Below, piece after piece: positions 11,483 through 23,700 of a stretch of 64,000 bases of DNA (position 1 is the first letter of the stretch; every line of letters starts with the position of its first letter). A program made the translations under genes and the position numbers. The notes under the pieces are model-generated. The model was not told the origin of the DNA and ran no database searches. It worked only from the letters and a program-made list of their open reading frames with translations. This stretch comes from Oikopleura dioica (Eukaryota; Animalia; Chordata): assembly GCA_907165135.1 (NCBI GenBank), contig OU015566.1:12400001-12464000 (forward strand). Reading direction: 5' to 3'.

Positions 11483-12429
11483 ATGGGTCGGAAATCCCGG
11501 AAAAAGAGTGAAGTTACAGTAGCCGAGTCGTCGTCCTCCGAGTCACTCACTGACGATTCCGACCCAGAGTCCATCGAGGAGAAGGAGGATGTCAAAGAGA
11601 AGTTCCCCACCCTCGAAGACTTCCTCAATCGCCGTCCGAAAATCTACCAGCCAGTCGACAAAAATGATGCTGGAGCCAGAGTCGGTCAAACTTCAGAACT
11701 GCTCTATGATGCCCTCGAAGTAAGTTTGCTCCTAAAATTTAGATGATAGATTTTGTAGGATTATTCTGTTTTCATGCATTACAGCTTGGCGCTAAAAAGA
11801 AGAATGCGAACTGGAATCGGTAAATACAACGCTAGAATAAACACAACTCAAGAATTTTTTCAGACGAGATCGATCTTGGGACGAAAAAGATCATGCGCAC
11901 GGCCAACATTCCCGGCGGAGAACAGGCAAGCTTCGATAATCAAATCAAGTGGCTCACCGAAAGAGCTCAAAAACGGCGTAATGAAATGGCCGAAATGCTC
12001 GCCAAGGTTAAGAAAGAAGCTGCTCTGATGAAGGATGCGAAGATCAAGATCCTCAAGTTCCCCAAGATGGATGAAGAGGTAGAGCTGCTTTTCAAGTGGA
12101 ACAAGCAGCGAGTGCCGAACATAAGGGATGATTTGCCACAAGTTCTGAAGGAGGTATGAGCTCGTCGAATTAGCACTAGAAATATAAGTATTGTAGACCC
12201 AAGAATTGGTGGACAAAGAGTATCAAGACTTGATGGAAACTATCGACAACGACCACAAAGAAAACCTCGGGACTGGGCTTCGAACTCTTAGATCAAAATT
12301 CTTTCGGTTTTTTCTCATTTATCCTCTTTCGAATTCCAGCTAGCCAAGCTCAAGAAACTCGAACAAAAACTTCACCGAAAGTTGGAAGAGGAAATGGACG
12401 AACTAAAGCCTCGCTGCTCCCTTATGTAA
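11483..12429 (+). CDS. Hypothetical coiled-coil protein with basic/acidic N-terminus and C-terminal CaaX (CSLM)
   Basis: Five exons assemble in frame (11483-11719, 11759-~11819, ~11864-12153, 12197-~12268, 12340-12429). The last exon reads LAKLKKLEQKLHRKLEEEMDELKPRCSLM*. The last intron needs a non-GT donor. Confidence 0.6.
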
Positions 12430-12859
12430 CCAATAAAAACGAACCACAAAAGTTTGAAATCATAGAAGAGTACACTCATTCGACTCAACTTGAGTTGAGT
12501 GATCTCTGCTTTTATTTTCATTTTATTAATAGTCTTTTTTTCTCCATATCTTGTTCTGAGAGAGCAGGAAGTGATTGTTGAATGTAAATAATATCTTTTT
12601 TGTCTTTTTTGAAATATTTTTTAACTTGTGCAGGTGCATATTATCTCAAAGAGGCGCTCCGAAAAGATCAAGTTCTTTTTCGATGCGATGTCTTTTTTTT
12701 TGTTGTTTTCGGAATGGATCGATGAGTAGAAAGAAGATTGCTCCAATAAAAGTATTGCAGTCTGGTAGAGTAAAACTGTACAAGGGTTTTGTGGTTGATA
12801 TTTGATCAATGCTAGTGAGCGGTCTCAAGGAGAGAGGCACGGGAAAGAGAAGGTCTTCT

Positions 12860-13718
12860 TTAGGCAGCGATTCCTTCGAACGACAGGATTCCACGTCCGG
12901 AGGTTTTGATGTCGCTAGAAATGGGTTAGAATATGTCGTGTGCTGATAGCTGGCTTCCAGCTCCTGTTCTCAATTAAGACGACTTACGATTTCGTGGAAA
13001 GATCAGATATTCTGTCGGAAGCATCGAGGTCTTCTGGGGAAGTCAACTGCCACTCAACCTGGATGCCTTCAAACTTTTTCTTGAGCGCGTCTTTGGAGGA
13101 GGCGGAGACCATCTTCTGCCTGATTGGGGCACTATCGGGCGACCAGATAATGAATGTCAACTTGAATAATTAATCGTTAGACACTTGGTAAGAAAAATTT
13201 AATTGATACCTTTGTTCGTTCTCCTGCTGGAACTCCGGGACCCATATCAAGTTTAATGGCAACGTCGTAGATCGCATATCGACACTCCTAAACCCAGAAT
13301 ATGAATAAAAACGATAAATATTTATTGATGAGTATGTTTGATGCTAACTTTTATTGAACCCCCGGCGGATAATAAAACAAATGAGTGTTAGAGACAAAAG
13401 AAGAGTTATGCAACAATCAACAATTTCCGTCTCATTTTTTCCTAGCAATTTTCTAGCTTTGATGTTTCTGAATATAGGATTTACTTACACTTTCAGGCAG
13501 ACTCTGAGTAAATGATTTCCATGCATCTGGAGCACCTTTTTCTTGGACAGACTCTTCGATTGGCACAATCTCTTTGTTTTCTACTTTGAATTGGCAGGAC
13601 TAAACTCGTGATTCGGAATGATTTTTTTGAGGATTGTTACCTTGATCTTTCCAGCTTTGAGTTTCTCCCACATTCCGACGCAGGAGTCATTTGCAGCAAC
13701 ACCGGACATAGACGCCAT
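12860..13718 (-). CDS. CFL: Cofilin / actin-depolymerising factor
   Basis: Spliced translation MASMSGVAANDSC..WEKLKAGKIK..CRYAIYDV..TFIIWSPDSAPIRQKMVSASSKDALKKKFEGIQVEWQLT..LSFEGIAA* matches ADF/cofilin motifs. Confidence 0.9.
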
Positions 13719-15071
13719 TTTGTTTTACTCTTATTTTTTCAATCTAAATTTAAAAAAGGTCAATCTCTAACTTAAATCCTGTGCGGCCTGTCAATAACCG
13801 GCGGATCGGATGAATAAGTTATGGCAGCGCAAATGTGTGCCCAAATTGAAAAATTGAAGACTGCTAGATATACAATTTCAATTTCAGGGCCATTTGTTTT
13901 TACGAATAAAGCCGTCTTCTTGCACAGACGTCGCATTCATCAAAGCTTCGACTGTATATTTTGGTTACCACTGTAGCATACGCACTGTATAAACACGTGA
14001 TTCAGAATTTAAGCGGTTTTGTCTGCTCTTTTGTAAGATTATTTTCAACGAAAACACAGACGACTTCTTTGTTGATTTCAAGACAAAATGGCTAAATCAG
14101 ATGATTTCCTCGAAAATTTCTCTCTTAGGTCGGTGGGTCTCATTCTTTTTGAGAACATGAAAATCTTCAGAATAAAAGCTTCTGAGTTCTCGCAAAGTAG
14201 TGCTAAACGGCAAGTGCGAGACGTTTCCTGTTTGCTGGAGCATTTCTCTTTTAACGTGTGTTGGATTTTGTCGACTCACGCATTTTTAAAGCGCTGTGTG
14301 TACCCTTAATCATCATGCCATGATCATCAAAGTCATCAATAATCATTGCCAGTTACAATAGTTGAATGGAGTCTTTCTCTGGTATTCCACAAGTAAACTC
14401 TTTATACGGGCAGGTTTTTTCGCTTGAAAATGGTCAAAGAAAGGGATAAGGGGCTGTTAGAGAGTTTTGGCTTGGCGACACGGTGGTGTAAAAACGAGTG
14501 GCGCATCTTCCACGATGAAATGGTTGAAAAAGTGGTGGTAGCTCCAATGGGGCGGCGAGAGGCGCCCGGGCGGCCAATCCTATGAGGCACAATCTCCGTC
14601 AAATTTCCTTATTTGGACATCTCAACGAGCGGGGCCACCTCTCCTTTCAGCTACGCAGCGACACCACCGACAACTGATCAAACGGGCGCATTTTTAAACA
14701 CGAAAAATTCACCAACACAAGAATGACTGATTAATGACCTTGACGTCATCCAAAAAGGGAGACATGAATGATGAACTTCAACTTCAAGCTACAAGCTAAA
14801 CACGATGCTTTTGCAGTAGATCGCTGATTGTGCGCAAGAGCTCTCAATCACAAATGAAAAGAAGAAATATCTGAAGAACGAAACCTTCTGAAATTTCATC
14901 GTCTACGTCTAAGGCTTAGACTCTAAGTCCTCAATTTTGTCCGGGATATCTTCAACAGCTCTTTAAAAGATTTAACTTTCATGAATAAGGCACTTTAAAA
15001 CTCTCAACAGTCTACGCTTTTAGTCTAACGATTGGCATTCAACCTAGAATTAAAGAGAAAGAAACAGCTGA

Positions 15072-16769
15072 ATGATATTGCTAAGAGATGAGTATCGAAG
15101 CTTTTATATTTTCATCGCTTCTTTTATTGTTATTTTGGTACTTATTATCAGTTTTGACTCGCGTTGTTAAAATTATCCAAGGTGTTGCTGAATAATCTTG
15201 ACGATGAATCTGCAACTTCTACTTCCCAGTATTATTATCAAACAGAAATAACCCAAGTAATCGAGGAGGAAATCAAGGAAGAGAACATGGAATCAGCGGA
15301 CGAAGAAATAGAGTGGAATTTCATGGAAAATACGGTGATTGGAGGTTGCTGCAAGGATAATTGTGAAGAAATAGAAACTCTGGAAAGAGCTAAGAAAGAA
15401 TGCGTTGGTATGGGCTTAGACTGTATGGGGGTAACTCTTGAGAATGGAAAATATACTCTTCGGCGCGGTCCGAAACTATTGAGGATGGACATTACGGGAC
15501 TCCCCGCTGATGAAGTACCTGTAAAACGAGCATGGGCAAAATGGACAGTAGAAGACTGTACGATGGAAGATTACATAAGAGATCACGGAGAAAATATAGT
15601 GTTGAATTTGACCGACTTTACTGAAGAAAACCCAACTATTAAAAATAGACTGGGTCGGCCAAACACGAAGAAATGCGAGTTCATGTTTGGATACAGCCAT
15701 ATCGGAAAATTACTTCAGTTCAATAAAGATCAACAGATAAATGTACTTCAACAGCCTGAAGATTGTTCTTTCAGCTCTGATTCAAGCTCAATATTATTTG
15801 GCATCAAAACTCTACCCGGCGCTTCAGAATTTCGTCGAGCAATTCGAGAGACTTGGCTCAGCCCAGGGATTTGGAAGTGGCTTGGTTACCAATTAAAAGT
15901 TGTCTTTCTCATTGGAAATCCGACAGGGATTGATTTGGCGGAAGAAATTGAACGTCACAACGACTTACTCATCTTGGACATAGAAGAGAGCCACTACAAC
16001 TTACCTTTCAAAGATGTAGCTTTTCTTAGATTCATCAAAAACCACTGCCAAGCTGATTTCATCTTCAAGGGGGATGATGACATCTGCCTTGTTCCCCAGA
16101 ATCTCGTCACCGAAATTGAAAGACTGAAAAACACCTCTGGAATGGGATCATTTGGATGTTTGAAAGGGCCTGAGTCAGTTACTCGTATTCCATTTTTCAA
16201 ATATTTCGTCCCTCGGCAAATCTACGAACCTGAAGAGTATCCTGTTTATTTCTCCGGCGCTGGTTACGTAACAACGCTAGAATTCGCGCTGAAGCTAGAA
16301 GAGCAGACGTACAATGTTCCGGTTATTCCTTTGGACGATACTTATGTAGGCACTCTTATTCAAGCTGCTAATTTGAGGTAACTAAAATATCAATAATTGA
16401 GCTGAAATATTTCTGACAGTGATTCTATGATGCGCTCTTTGACCAGTTGCATGGGCCTCGTCCCTAGAATTTTTCGCAAAGAAAAAGCCTCAAATGATCT
16501 GTGTACTCTTCGCGGATTCAACTTCGTTCATAAATACCGGGATCCGAACCGTATGAAATACGTTTATCATGACCTCGTTAGCGGAAAATTCTCTTGCAAC
16601 ATCAGGTACAGTAATATCTCTCCATATTCAGCTCATAATCTTCATTTTCATTTCTAGCGCGATGGAAGAATATTGGAAGCCAACGAACGGCTGGAGAAGA
16701 GTGAATTTCACAACGCTAGAAAATGCCTGGCGTGGAAATTTTGAAAGCTTCAGACCTTACTTAGAATAA
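15072..16769 (+). CDS. GT31-family beta-1,3-glycosyltransferase (type II membrane protein) with an extra Cys-containing stem module
   Basis: N-terminal TM segment (44-nt intron removed); motifs LFGIKTLPG..RRAIRETW, FIFKGDDDI, YPVYFSGAGYV and IPLDDTYVG. Confidence 0.88.
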
Positions 16770-17116
16770 TAAAATAATGATAGAACAATAAACTTGAATC
16801 CTCTGCAAACCGGGCCATTGTTTCCTACGATCTTCCTTTTATGAGCTAATTAGCTTCCTAGAATTATTACAAAGCCAGTCACTGTTACGCAAAGAAACAA
16901 CTGGTCATCTAATGCCATTCTCGAATGGACTGGGAGACAAGTAGAGATGCCGCAGGGCGAAAAGGGCGCGTTCAAGCAGAGCATAGATAATTCAGCACCT
17001 AATCGTCCCTTCACTTGAGAAAAGTTACGCTCCTTGATTTACCTAAATTCATTTTTTACGACCGACCTTTAACGGAAAAAAATTACAAAGAGAGAATTTA
17101 AAGTGCTCAATCAATA

Positions 17117-19417
17117 ATGAGGGCGATTTTGTTGCTCCTCGGGATTTCAAGAGCATTGGTGCTAGAAGACGATTTATCGATCGAATGGGCAGTGGAAGAT
17201 GAGACGTTCAGAATTCATGTTCAAATCAAAGGTAAGTAATAATCAGCGTTTATTTGTTTTAAAACAAACATGATTAGATAACGCAAAATATCCGTTTGGG
17301 ATTGGAATAAACAAGCGCGAGGATGGTATCAGCAAAGATTCTGAGTTACTTTGGTTCACAAATGATGATTTCAGCCAAAAATATTTATCTGAAGATGGAG
17401 AACTGCTTTCAACAGAACGTAAGAGCGGATAAAAATGATTCTTTTTATGCGATTATTAGAAACTGCCTGGACTGTCAACGAGCTTTCGGATAGTAAAATG
17501 TACATTATTGAGCGACCAGCTTGCGCAAAAACTGACGACTTTGAATATGTCACCATTGATTCCAAAACCCTAACACTCCTATGGTCAGCACCAGGCCAAG
17601 AACTAACTCGTGACAGCTGGAATTCAAAGCTCATTCACTTCCAAGAATATGGAAATCCACCAAAAGCTGGCTGCGACCCATCGAAAGAGGAGTTTTGCGA
17701 AGATTATACAGGAACTGTTCGAATTTATATGATATTAAATCATGTTTCGAAAGCTCGGTTGATTCTTCTTATCCTCAATCTTCTGAACAATTAAAAAGTG
17801 AAAGCTACGTTAACGGCTGAGCGAACACAGTACTGGTGTAAGCTCGTAGAACTGCCAACTGAACCGTCTCAAATGGTTGGATTTGAACTTATTGCTGAGA
17901 AAAGCGAAAAATACCTTCATCATGCTCTTCTTTACGGTTGCTCAGGTATTGATTATTCTTGAATCTCATTCATTAAAAATGACTTCAGGAATCCCCGATG
18001 GCGATATCAACTTTGATGAAGAATTCGTCTGCGGTGATTACACAATGATACATTTAATGAAGTGTTTCCATGCTGTTGCCATCGCTGCCGTCGGCTCGAC
18101 TTCCTTTGACTACCCCGCTGAAGCTGGTTTCCCACTCGGGTAGGCTATCGACTCTCTGTTCTCTTTCTTTATTTTCATTAGACCCGGCGAGATGCAATTT
18201 GCCATTTTGGAGGTTCACTATGACAATCCTTTTGGCGACAGCGGAATAGAAATGACTTCTGGTAAAAAAAGTCGCTAAAATCTTTTCTTAAAATATCTAG
18301 GTTTGCAATTGAAAATGACCACGAATCTGCGAGAGCAAGAAGCGGGCCATATCTCCGTCGGCGCAACCTGGATGTTTTACCTGCCTCCAAACACTGCCAG
18401 CTTTAACTTGAGAGGGACATGCCCTCATCAATGTATTGAAGCACTTACAGAAGAGGACTATGAAATGAATATCTTTGCACATTCCAGCCACTCTCATGCA
18501 TACGCTCGATCAAGTAAGAATTGATGCTGAAATCTCAAACTAGCGCTTTTCTAGTGACGCTGTCACAAGTTCGCGACGGCGAAGAAATCAAACGCGTCGT
18601 TGATGAGCCTTTCTACAACCGAATGTACCAGGAATACAAGCATACTGAAGAAATCGTCAAAATTAACCGATCAGACGATCTTATCGTCACTTGCGACTAC
18701 TCGACCAAGAACACTTGGGTTCGCGGTGGTCTCACTCAAGAAGATGAGATGTGCTACATGTTCCTACTTTACTACCCGAGAATCAAGGAGCTTAGTTTCT
18801 GCACTGATATGGCCATGTTCGAAGGGGCAATGGAAAACTTGGGAATCGGTGAAGACGACTTTGTATCAACCTACGGGCGGATCGGACATCCAGATGAGCT
18901 CCAAATCGATGGTCAAAATGCCCAACCATGGTTGAACGAAAACATGATGTCGATGAGTCCCGCGAAAGTAAAAGAATATGAAAAATATCTTCAAGACGCG
19001 GAGAAAAACCCTTTCTGCACTGGAAGCTGGGGAAATGTCTTCTCTATCGCCGATCACAGGTCAAATGAGTCAAATGAAGGTGGATATGAGCCCAGAGCGG
19101 AACCAGAAGGGAATGAATATGATGATCTAGAACCTTTCCCCGAGCCAGAACCAGAAGGAGGTGAACATGGAGGTCATATGACAGACCTGATGTTTGATGC
19201 GATCGGGTTCGAGCTTCTCCCACGACCTGAAAATACCTGCTTAGTCAATTTTGAGACCACAACTGCCGCACTAACTCAAGACTCGACTGATGAAGATAAG
19301 GTGCCCAAAGAGGATTCAGGATCAACAGAAAAGCCAGCTACGACAACTTCATCAGCAATAAAAACGGCGATTCCGTTATCAGTACTTTTTTTGCTAATTG
19401 CCATGTACTTTCTGTAA
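17117..19417 (+). CDS. MOXD1: DBH-like copper monooxygenase (DOMON + Cu type II ascorbate-dependent domains) with C-terminal GPI/TM-like tail
   Basis: Signal peptide, DOMON-like N-terminus, TQYWCK, CuH ligands LHHALLY and LEVHYDNP, CuM ligands HSH and EDEMC, hydrophobic C-terminus PLSVLFLLIAMYFL. Confidence 0.85.
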
Positions 19418-19756
19418 ATATTACATAACACAAGCCAATAAAGATGATTCGATATGATTTTGATGATTGTTTGTGTTTAGCGTTTGCCATTGGCAGCTTG
19501 AAGGTCGTGGCGAGGGTGAAATTTGAAAAGGTGCGAAAGTTTTATGGATGCTTATTTCCGTCCCCGTTTGAGCAAATTTACCGTGTCTTTGATTTTGAAA
19601 TTGAACTCTTCTGGTTCATCTTCTTCTTGCTGAAAATGAGCGTTGTTCTCAGCGAAAGTTTCAGTCGAACACGCCTAGGGGCAATTCAGACGCGCCTTCT
19701 GGCGAGTACTTTTGTTGTTCGCCAAAAGACAACACTCAGGCTTTTTGAGTCAGTTT

Positions 19757-19919
19757 GACCGTGTGCCCGTGTACGGTACTTATTCCGGTGTAGTAGCCCG
19801 AAGAGGAGAAAAATTACTCTCGACCAAAAATCATCTCTTTGTTGTCGCCCGGATCGGCTACCCGCGGCGCTAGTAATCAAGGACCAGGGCAGGAGTTGCC
19901 GCGCACGGCCTCGGCTTTT
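19757..19919. ncRNA. Candidate structured non-coding RNA (unassigned)
   Basis: GC-rich island whose ends pair (GACCGTGTGC 19757 / GCGCACGGCC 19901), with internal stems and a TTTT tract just 3' on the + strand. A coding reading on the - strand is not excluded. Confidence 0.3.
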
Positions 19920-20782
19920 CTAATTTTTCAAAAAATCTTAATTTTCTGACACCTAAGCTAATTCATCCCATTAACAGAGAGCTCAAAAGTGAGCCCTGGA
20001 AGAAGATAAAAAAGAGATATTGAAGTACAGTCTGCGTTTCAATAACTACTGGAAGATTTGATCGAATGTTTCAAAATGTAAGATTCGTTTTTGATGATTT
20101 TTATTTTTCATAAATTAATCAGTAAAACCCTTTTGTTGGACATAAGAATCGAATAAATCATTCTTATTTTTCAGTAACAATAAAGGAATAAGATTGATAA
20201 TTTATGAATTGATTTGATATTCAGTGGCTTCTTATATTTTCCTCAATAAAAAGTTTTCTATGATTTAAATGACTTAGTAGGCTGGTGTTTGATAACCTTG
20301 GCATCCTTCTGATCGAGAAAGGATGAGCCGGCGCTCTAGGTTTATTCAATAACAAAGCCACCACCCAAGTACTGGCTCCCTTCCTTCATTTTAGACAAAA
20401 CCAACAACCCTGATCGTGATAAATTGATTCCTTTAGAAGGACAACATTATCTTTTTAGGTTAATAAGTAAGCTTAGCTGACCTCAATGGTTGACCCCGAT
20501 TGACCTTGGAAAAGAGAGAAACGATGAAATGACCGGCTGGGCTGAGTTGGGCCACAGAGTTCAGCGAAAACGATCCTCCAGGTAAATTTTATTTGTCCGA
20601 TCAAGTCGCAAATTAAGGCTCAATTGTGACTTCACAGTCTGGTGTGGATCAAAATTTTTAAGGCCTTATCCACGCGCTTAATTAGCAGATTAATCATCAC
20701 CTAATTAACCCTAATCTTTTGAAAATTTTTCAAAAGTTTTTAGTTTCAACTTCAGAAAATATAAATAAGTTGCATAACTAGA

Positions 20783-23700
20783 ATGAAGCAAAGTATGCTA
20801 GAATAACCTTGAACTTTTTTTTCGACAAAATTTTTATGAGGTGTCCAAGTGCTAAATACAACAGAAATATTTCATCAATGGTCCCTTCAAATCCAAGATT
20901 TCCCTGGAGTTTGTTCATAATAAACCGTAAAATAAATGAGCCAAGCATTGATGAGCGGCATTATGAGAGCGGTAGTTTTCACCCTCATTGATCACTTTGC
21001 CCATCAATGATCCATCAAATCCAATTTCAAAGTTAACTTTAGTATAAATTGCATTTTCGCCCTTGCTTCACTTCTATTCGCCTCGGTCTCCTGCCAAGAA
21101 GCTTCCAAGGAACCTATTCTTCCCTTCTTCACGCTATTTCACCCGGAAGTCAATACCTATCCCCTCTTTGGAACGGAAAAGATCTGGATTCTCCGAAGAG
21201 AGTGGCCCGAAAAGTGGACTCTTGATATTGAAATCGAGCCTGACAACACCCGGCATCGAAAGTCTGGGCTTTTTCGAATAAAGAAGCAGAGCAGAACTCA
21301 AGAGTTTATTTATTCGCTCGACTGGAATTTTTCCAGACAGAAGACTGTTCTTTATGTCGACGACAGGAATGAGTTTAGCATCTTTTTACCGACTTGAATA
21401 ATTGATGGTTTTGTAAATGTTCAAGAGTAAACTCAAATTGAAGACGAATTGTGTTCTCTAAGGCTCCAAGGAAATTCTTCATTGCATTTAGCGGAGATTC
21501 AGCATTCCTTTACTACGGCTGTGCGAAGGCTCTTAAAGGTTAATTACATCAATCACCATCAACCTTTCATTAAACTTGTTATTTTAGGAACCGTCTTCGG
21601 AGATGCTCCCCTCAAATCGCCCATTTTCGACGAAGCACACCTCGAGATCGGATCTGGACAAGCAAAGAACACCGAGTTTCATGGGAAAATACACAAATTT
21701 TCATTTTACGACAGCGCGGAGATCGCCTTTAATCTCGCCAAAGAACGATTCTGGGACGGGGGCAATAATATCCTTCATGATCGTCCTTTTGTAGATACAT
21801 TTTTATAACCAATTATGACGTTTTTAATATTTTTCGTCCCCATCAAAGTCTCCCTGAGTCTAACGCTGCATTGTGGTCCTTCGAGGGATTCATGGCGACC
21901 GAAGCTTACGAGGAGTCTACTACGTTCAAGCGAAGCAAAGTTGTCAATTCTGGCACTGCCACACTTCGTTCTAACCCATTATTAGGCATGGTTTTCTTAA
22001 AAGTTTTCTTCCTTGATTTCAGTAGACTTTCGAAAATCACCATTGAGTGTCATTACCTGCTAAATGTGAATCAACGCCTGACGAACTTGTGAACAAATTT
22101 CAACTTGTAGATGCTCTGTATAATTGTGCTGCCTATTCATATCCTGACGACAACACCATCAAAAACGAGATACTTACTTGCATTGGGTTGAAAATTTTCA
22201 TCATTTTTTCTTTTTATAAATTTTCATTTGACCAATTTTTGACCCAGTTTTTGGCAACAGTACAAATCCAAGCATTGAATGTCTAAATCCGTACTCTCCA
22301 ATCGATCTTCCGAGCTATCGTCTACAATTCCTGCCCTTGACTGATCCTGACGACGGTTCAAAACCTGCCTACAAAGCGATAATTTCCAGCTTGAATCGAA
22401 CATTCGATCTCAATTATGCGAACAGATTTGAGATGACTCGACTCCTCGTTGATCTTTACTCTGAAATTTGGAAAGAAGAAGATGTCACTGAAGCCCTTGG
22501 GTGCAAATCTCGAAGTTGTAATCAATTTGATCCTTTTGACCGAGAAGAGTTTGCACTCGTCACTTCTAGCTGGAACAACGGATCGGCTCCTGAATACTGG
22601 TTTATCCGAAAAGACAACGACCCTGAGTACTACGCCATTCTTGAAGAGCTTCGTGGACCCCTCGGCAATCCTGGAAGAACAGGTCATCCTGGTCGTCCTG
22701 GGTTTAAGGGACCTAAAGGCGAAATCGGCGATAAGGGTGAAGCTGGTTATCCAGGTGATGTTGGTCCGCGTGGCGAAGAAGGCTACAAGGGTTGGAGAGG
22801 CCCGGAAGGAATTCAAGGAAAGCAAGGCGTTGCTGGAACAAATGGCACCCGCGGTGACACCGGAACTCGAGGATTTCAAGGGCCTATTGGACCGAGAGGA
22901 AAAGATGGTCTCCCTGGAGAACGTGGAATAAAAGGAAAGAAAGGCTTTCACGGCTATCCTGGCATGCCTGGTCTTCCTGGCTTCGAGGGTGACAAGGGTT
23001 CTCTTGGAAATCCTGGAGAAGTCGGGCAAGTTGGAAGCCCAGGTCCTATTGGCCCTCCTGGATTCAATGGTCGACAAGGATCAAATGGCACTGATGGACT
23101 TCAGGGAGTCAAAGGTTATCCTGGCGATCATGGAATGCGTGGACTTCGTGGTTTTCCTGGTAGACCCGGTGTCTTTGGGATGAAAGGCGAAAAAGGAAAA
23201 ATCGGGCCAGTTGGAAATCCCGGGATGAAAGGTACCCGTGGCTTGAGAGGATCAGTTGGCTGGAAAGGTGATCCTGGAGATCCTGGCTTGACCGGGCCTG
23301 ATGGAGTGCTTGGCAATCCTGGCCCTCCCGGACCCGACGGTAAAAAGGGTGTCAAAGGACCGGTTGGACCTATTGGCGAGCGTGGAATAGAAGGTGACCT
23401 TGGTCAAAAGGGAATGCGTGGTATCAAAGGATTACCAGGCGATCTTGGCGACAAAGGACCCAAAGGAGAAGATGGCAAATCTGGAAAAGATGGTTGGCCT
23501 GGTAAAAACGGCGAACCTGGTAAACCTGGCATAACTGGTAAGCCTGGAAGAAAGGCGCGTTCCGGCTGGCCTGGAAAACATGGCTTGAAAGGCTGGTTTG
23601 GTAACCCTGGTCCTCAAGGAAAAGAAGGTCCTGAGGGTCCAGCTGGTGTGAAAGGCAAGCCTGGAAAAGTTGGTTGGCCTGGACCTGTTGGAAAACAAGG

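Noticed and set aside
13820-14640. Coding-like fragments on both strands upstream of cofilin, plus a GC/CCAAT-rich patch
   Set aside because: Competing + and - exon models of similar plausibility and no recognisable product.
19683-19691. AATTCAGAC, similar to RNase P CR-V
   Set aside because: No complementary CR-I/P4 strand upstream.
19734-19977. Resemblance to the larvacean spliced leader as I recall it (ACTCA..TTTTTGAGTC at 19734; TCATCCCATT..AACAG at ~19963)
   Set aside because: Only partial, split matches; no full 40-nt leader followed by a donor; the second match is explained as an ordinary acceptor.
19978-20581. Splice-flanked segments between MOXD1 and the collagen
   Set aside because: Could be collagen 5' exons, a small + strand gene or a - strand gene; no consistent ORF could be assembled.
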